This document shows positions 56,086-64,000 of a DNA stretch of 64,000 bases, one piece after another. Positions within the stretch are counted from its first letter, which is position 1. Every line of letters starts with the position of its first letter. Below the pieces are notes generated by a model, which made no database searches, was not told the origin of the DNA, and worked only from the letters and a program-made list of their open reading frames with translations. The stretch lies in NCBI RefSeq assembly GCF_009914755.1, contig NC_060925.1, one strand, 5' to 3'. Made by a program: the position numbers and the translations under genes. The DNA is from the human T2T-CHM13v2.0 reference genome, Homo sapiens.

Positions 56086-57105
56086 CTAACAGAATATGAA
56101 GAAATCCCGTTTCCAACGAAGGCCACAAGATGTCAGAATATCCACTTACAGACTTTACAAACAGAGTGTTTCCTAACTGCTCTATGAACAGAAAGGTTAA
56201 ACTCTGTGAGTTGAACGAACACATCACAACGCAGTTTGTGGGAATGATTCTGTCTAGTTTTGAAACGAAGATATTTCCTTTTCTGCCGTTGACCTTAAAG
56301 CGCTTGAAATCTACACTTGCAAATTGCACAAATAGAGTGTTTCAAATCTGCTCTGTCTAAGGGAACGTTCAACTCTGTGAGTTGAATGCACACAACACAA
56401 GGAAGTTACTGGGAATTCTTCTGTCTAGCCTTACATGAAAAAAACCCGTTTCCAACGAAGGCCTCTAAGTGGTCAAAATATCCACGTGCAGACTTTACAA
56501 ACAGAGTGTTTCCAAACCGCTGAATGAAAAGAAAAGTTAAACTCTGAGAGTTGAACGCACACATCACGCAGCAGATTCTGAGAATGATTCTGTCTAGTTT
56601 TTATACGAAGATATTTCCTTTTCTGCCTTTGGCCCCAAAGCGCTTGAAATCTCCACTTGCAAATTCCACAAAAACAGTGTTTCAAATCTGCTCTCTCTAA
56701 ATGAAAGTTCAACTCTGTCAGTTGAATACACACAACACAAGGAAGTTACTGAGAATTCTTCTGTCTAGCATAATATGAAGAAATCCCGTTTCCAACGAAG
56801 GCCTCAAAGAGGTCTGAATATCCACTTGCAGACTTTACAAACAGAGTGTTTCCTAACTGCTCTATGAGAAGAAAAGTTAAACTCTGTGAGTTGAACGCAC
56901 ACATCACAAAAGATTTTCTGAGAATCATTCTGTCTAGTCTTTATATGAAGATAGTTTCCTTTTCTACCATTGACCTCAAAGCGGCTGAAATCTCCACTTG
57001 CAAATTCCACAAAAAGAGTGTTTCAAGTCTGCTCTGTGTAAAGGATCGCTCAACTCTGTGAGTTGAATACACACAACACAAGGAAGTTACTGAGAATTCT
57101 TCTGT
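56086..57105 (-). repeat. Shortest HOR variant: 6-monomer unit A-B-H, 1020 bp
   Basis: A-type ORFs at 56130 and 57150 and B-type ORFs at 56473 and 57493 are each 1020 bp apart, with one H dimer between. Confidence 0.9.
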
Positions 57106-59824
57106 CTAGCAGAATATGAAGAAATCCCGTTTCCAACGAAGGCCACAAGATGTCAGAATATCCACTTACAGACTTTACAAACAGAGTGTTTCCTAACTGC
57201 TCTATGAACAGAAAGGTTAAACTCTGTGAGTTGAACGAACACATCACAACGCAGTTTCTGGGAATGATTCTGTCTAGTTTTGAAACGAAGATATTTCCTT
57301 TTCTGCCGTTGACCTTAAAGCGCTTGAAATCTACACTTGCAAATTGCACAAATAGAGTGTTTCAAATCTGCTCTGTCTAAGGGAACGTTCAACTCTGTGA
57401 GTTGAATGCACACAACACAAGGAAGTTACTGGGAATTCTTCTGTCTAGCCTTACATGAAAAAAACCCGTTTCCAACGAAGGCCTCTAAGTGGTCAAAATT
57501 TCCACGTGCAGACTTTACAAACAGAGTGTTTCCAAACCGCTGAATGAAAAGAAAAGTTAAACTCTGAGAGTTGAACGCACACATCACGCAGCAGTTTCTG
57601 AGAATGATTCTGTCTAGTTTTTATACGAAGATATTTCCTTTTCTGCCTTTGGCCCCAAAGCGCTTGAAATCTCCACTTGCAAATTCCACAAAAACAGTGT
57701 TTCCAATCTGCTCTCTCTAAATGAAAGTTCAACTCTGTCAGTTGAATACACACAACACAAGGAAGTTACTGAGAATTCTTCTGTCTAGCATAATATGAAG
57801 AAATCCCGTTTCCAACGAAGGCCTCAAAGGGGTCTGAATATCCACTTGCAGACTTTATAAACAGACTGTTTACTAACTGCTCTATGAAAAGAAAGGTTAA
57901 ACTCTGTGAGTTGAACACACACATCACAAAGGAGTTTCTGAGAATCATTCTGTCTAGTTTTTCTACGAAGATATTTCCTTTTCTACTATTGACCTCAAAG
58001 CGGCTGAAATCTCCACTTGCAAATTCCACAAAAAGAGTGTTTCAAGTCTGCTCTGTGTAAAGGATCGTTCAACTCTGTGAGTTGAATACACACAACACAA
58101 GGAAGTTACTGAGAATTCTTCTGTCTAGCAGAATATGAAGAAATCCCGTTTCCAACGAAGGCCTCAAAGAGGTCTGAATATCCACTTGCAGACTTTACAA
58201 ACAGAGTGTTTCCTAACTGCTCTATGAAAAGAAAGGTTAAACTCTGTGAGTTGAACGCACACATCACAAAGGAGTTTCTGAGAATCGTTCTGTCTAGTTT
58301 CTATAGGAAGATGTTTCCTATTCTACCATTGACCTCAAAGCGGCTGAAATCTCCACTTGCAAATTCCACAAAAAGAATGTTTCAAGTCTGCTCTGTGTAA
58401 ACGATCGTTCAACTCTGTGAGTTGAATACACACAACACAAGGAAGTTACTGAGAATTCTTCTGTCTAGCAGAATATGAAGAAATCCCGTTTCCAACGAAG
58501 GCCTCAAGGAGGTCTGAATATCCACTTGCAGACTTTACAAACAGAGTGTTTCCTAACTGCTCTATGAAAAGAAAGGTTAAACTCTGTGAGTTGAACGCAC
58601 ACATCACAAAGGAGTTTATGAGAATCATTCTGTCTAGTTTCTATAAGAAGATATTTCCTATTCTACCATTGACCTCAAAGCGGCTGAAATCTCCACTTGC
58701 AAATTCGACAAACAGAGTGTTTCAAGCCTGCTCTCTGTAAAGGATCCTTCAACTCTGTGAGTTGAATACACACAACACAAGGAAGTTACTGAGAATTATT
58801 CTGTCTAGCATAATATGAAGAAATCCCGTTTCCAACGAAGGCCTCAAAGAGGTCTGAATATCCACTTGCAGACTTTACAAACAGAGTGTTTCCTAACTGC
58901 TCTATGAGAAGAAAAGTTAAACTCTGTGAGTTGAACGCACACATCACAAGAGATTTTCTGAGAATCATTCTGTCTAGTCTTTATATGAAGATAGTTTCCT
59001 TTTCTACCATTGACCTCAAAGCGGCTGAAATCTCCACTTGCAAATTCCACAAAAAGAGTGTTTCAAGTCTGCTCTGTGTAAAGGATCGCTCAACTCTGTG
59101 AGTTGAATACACACAACACAAGGAAGTTACTGAGAATTCTTCTGTCTAGCAGAATATGAAGAAATCCCGTTTCCAACGAAGGCCACAAGATGTCAGAATA
59201 TCCACTTACAGACTTTACAAACAGAGTGTTTCCTAACTGCTCTATGAACAGAAAGGTTAAACTCTGTGAGTTGAACGAACACATCACAACGCAGTTTCTG
59301 GGAATGATTCTGTCTAGTTTTGAAACGAAGATATTTCCTTTTCTGCCGTTGACCTTAAAGAGCTTGAAAACTACACTTGCAAATTGCACAAATAGAGTTT
59401 TTCAAATCTGCTCTGTCTAAGGGAACTTTCAACTCTGTGAGTTGAATGCACACAACACAAGGAAGTTACTGGGAATTCTTCTGTCTAGCCTTACATGAAA
59501 AAATCCCGTTTCCAACGAAAGCCTCTAAGTGGTCAAAATTTCCACGTGCAGACTTTACAAACAGAGTGTTTCCAAACCGCTGAATGAAAAGAAAAGTTAA
59601 ACTCTGAGAGTTGAACGCACACATCACGCAGCAGTTTCTGAGAATGATTCTGTCTAGTTTTTATACGAAGATATTTCCTTTTCTGCCTTTGGCCCCAAAG
59701 CGCTTGAAATCTCCACTTGCAAATTCCACAAAAACAGTGTTTCAAATCTGCTCTCTCTAAATGAAAGTTCAACTCTGTCAGTTGAATACAAACAACACAA
59801 GGAAGTTACTGAGAATTCTTCTGT

Positions 59825-60165
59825 CTAGCATAATATGAAGAAATCCCGTTTCCAACGAAGGCCTCAAAGGGGTCTGAATATCCACTTGCAGACTTTATAA
59901 ACAGAGTGTTTACTAACTGCTCTATGAAAAGAAAGGTTAAACTCTGTGAGTTGAACACACACATCACAAAGGATTTTGTGGGAATCGTTCTGTCTAGTCT
60001 TTATACGAAGATAGTTTCCTTTTCTACCATTGACCTCAAAGCGGCTGAAATCTGCACTTGCAAATTCCACAAAAGGAGTGTTTCAAGTCTGCTCTGTGTA
60101 AAGGATCGTTCATCTCTGTGAGTTGAATACACACAACACAAGGAAGTTACTGAGAATTCTTCTGT
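59825..60165 (-). repeat. Rare mosaic dimer X (copy 2)
   Basis: Same sequence signature as 40791-41131, offset 19034 bp. Confidence 0.85.
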
Positions 60166-63100
60166 CTAGCAGAATATGAAGAAATCCCGTTTCCAACGAA
60201 GGCTTCAAAGAGGTCTGAATATCCACTTGCAGACTTTACAAACAGAGTGTTTCCTAACTGCTCTATGAAAAGAAAGTTTAAACTCTGTGAGTTGAACGCA
60301 CACATCACAAAGGAGTTTCTGAGAATCATTCTGTCTTGTTTCTATAGGAAGATATTTCCTATTCTACCATTGACCTCAAAGCGGCTGAAATCTCCACTTG
60401 CAAATTCCACAAAAAGAGTGTTTCAAGTCTGCTCTGTGTAAAGGATCGTTCAACTCTGTGAGTTGAATACACACAACACAAGGAAGTTACTGAGAATTCT
60501 TCTGTCTAGCAGAATATGAAGAAATCCCGTTTCCAACGAAGGCCTCAAGGAGGTCTGAATATCCACTTGCAGACTTTACAAACAGAGTGTTTCCTAACTG
60601 CTCTATGAACAGAAAGGTTAAACTCTGTGAGTTGAACGCACACATCACAAAGGAGTTTCTGAGAATCATTCTGTCTAGTCTTTATACGAAGATATTTACT
60701 TTTCTACCATTGACCTCAAAGCGGCTGAAATCTCCACTTGCAAATTCCACAAAAAGAGTGTTTCAAGTCTGCTCTGTGTAAAGGATCATTCAACTCTGTG
60801 AGTTGAATAAACACAACACAAGGAAGTTACTGAGAATTCTTCTGTCTAGCAGAATATGTAGAAATCCCGTTTCCAACGAAGGCCTCAAGGAGGTCTGAAT
60901 ATCCACTTGCAGACTTTACAAACAGAGTGTTTCCTAACTGCTCTATGAAAAGAAAGGTTAAACTCTGTGAGTTGAACGCACACATCACAAAGGAGTTTAT
61001 GAGAATCATTCTGTCTAGTTTCTATAAGAAGATATTTCCTATTCTACCATTGACCTCAAAGCGGCTGAAATCTCCACTTGCAAATTCGACAAACAGAGTG
61101 TTTCAAGCCTGCTCTCTGTAAAGGATCCTTCAACTCTGTGAGTTGAATACACACAACACAAGGAAGTTACTGAGAATTCTTCTGTCTAGCAGAATAGGAA
61201 GAAATCCCGTTTCCAACGAAGGCCACAAGATGTCAGAATATCCACTTACAGACTTTACAAACAGAGTGTTTCCTAACTGCTCTATGAACAGAAAGGTTAA
61301 ACTCTGTGAGTTGAACGAACACATCACAACGCAGTTTGTGGGAATGATTCTGTCTAGTTTTGAAACGAAGATATTTCCTTTTCTGCCGTTGACCTTAAAG
61401 CGCTTGAAATCTACACTTGCAAATTGCACAAATAGAGTGTTTCAAATCTGCTCTGTCTAAGGGAGCGTTCAACTCTGTGAGTTGAATGCACACAACACAA
61501 GGAAGTTACTGGGAATTCTTCTGTCCAGCCTTACATGAAAAAAAACCCGTTTCCAACGAAGGCCTCTAAGTGGTCAAAATATCCACGTGCAGACTTTACA
61601 AACAGAGTGTTTCCAAACCGCTGAATGAAAAGAAAAGTTAAACTCTGAGAGTTGAACGCACACATCACGCAGCAGTTTCTGAGAATGATTCTGTCTAGTT
61701 TTTATACGAAGATATTTCCTTTTCTGCCCTTGGCCCCAAAGCGCTTGAAATCTCCACTTGCAAATTCCACAAAAACAGTGTTTCAAATCTGCTCTCTGTA
61801 AATGAAAGTTCAACTCTGTCAGTTGAATACACACAACACAAGGAAGTTACTGAGAATTCTTCTGTCTAGCATAATATGAAGAAATCCCGTTTCCAACGAA
61901 GGCCTCAAAGGGGTCTGAATATCCACTTGCAGACTTTAAAAACAGAGTGTTTACTAACTGCTCTATGAAAAGAAAGGTTAAACTCTGTGAGTTGAACACA
62001 CACATCACAAAGGAGTTTCTGAGAATCATTCTGCCTAGTTTTTCTACGAAGATATTTCCTTTTCTACTATTGACCTCAAAGCGGCTGAAATCTCCACTTG
62101 CAAATTCCACAAAAAGAGTGTTTCAAGTCTGCTCTGTGTAAAGGATCGTTCAACTCTGTGAGTTGAATACACACAACACAAGGAAGTTACTGAGAATTCT
62201 TCTGTCTAGCAGAATATGAAGAAATCCCGTTTCCAACGAAGGCCTCAAAGAGGTCTGAATATCCACTTGCAGACTTTACAAACAGAGTGTTTCCTAACTG
62301 CTCTATGAAAAGAAAGGTTAAACTCTGTGAGTTGAACGCACACATCACAAAGGAGTTTCTGAGAATCGTTCTGTCTAGTTTCTATAGGAAGATATTTCCT
62401 ATTCTACCATTGACCTCAAAGCGGCTGAAATCTCCACTTGCAAATTCCACAAAAAGAATGTTTCAAGTCTGCTCTGTGTAAAGGATCGTTCAACTCTGTG
62501 AGTTGAATACACACAACACAAGGAAGTTACTGAGAATTATTCTGTCTAGCAGAATATGAAGAAATCCCGTTTCCAACGAAGGCCTCAAAGAGGTCTGAAT
62601 ATCCACTTGCAGACTTTACAAACAGAGTGTTTCCTAACTGCTCTATGAAAAGAAAAGTTAAACTCTGTGAGTTGAACGCACACATCACAAAGGAGTTTAT
62701 GAGAATCATTCTGTCTAGTCTTTATACGAAGATATTTCCTTTTCTACCATTGACCTCAAAGCGGCTGAAATCTCCACTTTCAAATTCCACAAAAAGAGTG
62801 TTTCAAGTCTGCTCTGTGTAAAGGATCGTTCAACTCTGTGAGTAGAATACACACAACACAAGGAAGTTACTGAGAATTCTTCTGTCTAGCAGAGTATGAA
62901 GAAATCCCGTTTCCAACGAAGGCCTCAAGGAGGTCTGAATATCCACTTGCAGACTTTACAAACAGAGTGTTTCCTAACTGCTCTATGAACAGAAAGGTTA
63001 AACTCTGTGAGTTGAACGCACACATCACAAAGGAGTTTCTGAGAATCATTCTGTCTAGTCTTTATACGAAGATATTTACTTTTCTACCATTGACCTCAAA

Positions 63101-64000
63101 GCGGCTGAAATCTCCACTTGCAAATTCCACAAAAAGAGTGTTTCAAGTCTGCTCTGTGTAAAGGATCATTCAACTCTGTGAGTTGAATAAACACAACACA
63201 AGGAAGTTACTGAGAATTCTTCTGTCTAGCAGAATATGAAGAAATCCCGTTTCCAACGAAGGCCTCAAGGAGGTCTGAATATCCACTTGCAGACTTTACA
63301 AACAGAGTGTTTCCTAACTGCTCTATGAAAAGAAAGGTTAAACTCTGTGAGTTGAACGCACACATCACAAAGGAGTTTATGAGAATCATTCTGTCTAGTT
63401 TCTATAAGAAGATATTTCCTATTCTACCATTGACCTCAAAGCGGCTGAAATCTCCACTTGCAAATTCGACAAACAGAGTGTTTCAAGCCTGCTCTCTGTA
63501 AAGGATCCTTCAACTCTGTGAGTTGAATACACACAACACAAGGAAGTTACTGAGAATTCTTCTGTCTAGCAGAATAGGAAGAAATCCCGTTTCCAACGAA
63601 GGCCACAAGATGTCAGAATATCCACTTACAGACTTTACAAACAGAGTGTTTCCTAACTGCTCTATGAACAGAAAGGTTAAACTCTGTGAGTTGAACGAAC
63701 ACATCACAACGCAGTTTGTGGGAATGATTCTGTCTAGTTTTGAAACGAAGATATTTCCTTTTCTGCCGTTGACCTTAAAGCGCTTGAAATCTACACTTGC
63801 AAATTGCACAAATAGAGTGTTTCAAATCTGCTCTGTCTAAGGGAGCGTTCAACTCTGTGAGTTGAATGCACACAACACAAGGAAGTTACTGGGAATTCTT
63901 CTGTCCAGCCTTACATGAAAAAAAACCCGTTTCCAACGAAGGCCTCTAAGTGGTCAAAATATCCACGTGCAGACTTTACAAACAGAGTGTTTCCAAACCG

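Larger units (their letters stand above)
1..64000 (-). repeat. Centromeric alpha-satellite higher-order repeat array, SF1 (J1/J2 dimeric), ~188 dimers of ~340 bp; probably D1Z7/D5Z2/D19Z3 (S1C1/5/19H1L)
   Basis: 340-bp periodicity throughout (equivalent ORFs at 82, 422 ... 63307). The minus strand reads GATTCTCAGAAACTCCTTTGTGATGTGTG, the alphoid consensus. A CENP-B box occurs in alternate monomers and EcoRI sites recur at ~340 bp. Family identity is certain. The chr1/5/19 assignment rests on my recognition of motifs such as GCCTTACATGAAAAAAACCCG...CTCTAAGTGGTCAAAATATCCACGTG and is less certain (~0.75). Confidence 0.99.

Noticed and set aside
82-63840. Hundreds of 60-124 aa ORFs on both strands (MFPNCSMKRK..., MILRNSFVMC..., MCIQLTEL...)
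   Set aside because: They are chance open frames repeated with the 340-bp unit. They overlap on both strands, many rely on GTG/TTG starts, they are freely broken by stops and frameshifts, and they have no recognisable domain. I used them only as SNP barcodes.
1-64000. CRISPR-like or cassette-shuffling system suggested by regular repeats with variable order
   Set aside because: There are no unique spacers and no cas, recombinase or reverse transcriptase genes. The whole unit is repeated and the variation fits known satellite recombination.
1-64000. L1/Alu insertion, inversion or non-alphoid island
   Set aside because: The 340-bp phase is continuous (drift -15 bp over 187 dimers) and all CENP-B boxes lie on one strand, leaving no room for an insertion.
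1-64000. Assigning the window to one specific chromosome or to the kinetochore site
   Set aside because: The array family is shared by chr1, 5 and 19, so assignment needs alignment to assemblies. CENP-A occupancy is epigenetic and cannot be read from sequence.

Overview
The whole 64 kb window is one uninterrupted primate, almost certainly human, centromeric alpha-satellite array. It is built from about 188 head-to-tail 340-bp dimers (171+169 bp monomers) in a single orientation, with the conventional alphoid consensus on the minus strand. A CENP-B box lies in every second monomer. The dimeric structure and diagnostic motifs fit suprachromosomal family 1 (J1/J2), most likely the active array shared by chromosomes 1/5/19 (D1Z7/D5Z2/D19Z3, S1C1/5/19H1L). 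That assignment is from recall, not a search, and I cannot tell which chromosome. I see no genes, RNA genes, transposon insertions, inversions or unique DNA, and all listed ORFs are repeat artefacts. I found no new biological system in the sense of a novel gene or pathway. The interesting content is structural. Eight dimer types (my labels A-H) form a 16-monomer, ~2.72 kb higher-order repeat (HOR), but only 3 of 27 units are complete and in order. The rest are 6- to 24-mer variants, hybrid dimers and local or long-range (19 and 25.5 kb) duplications. There is also a left/right haplotype shift, a probable microconversion tract and at least four broken CENP-B boxes. All counts come from manual reading aided by the ORF track, not from computed alignments.
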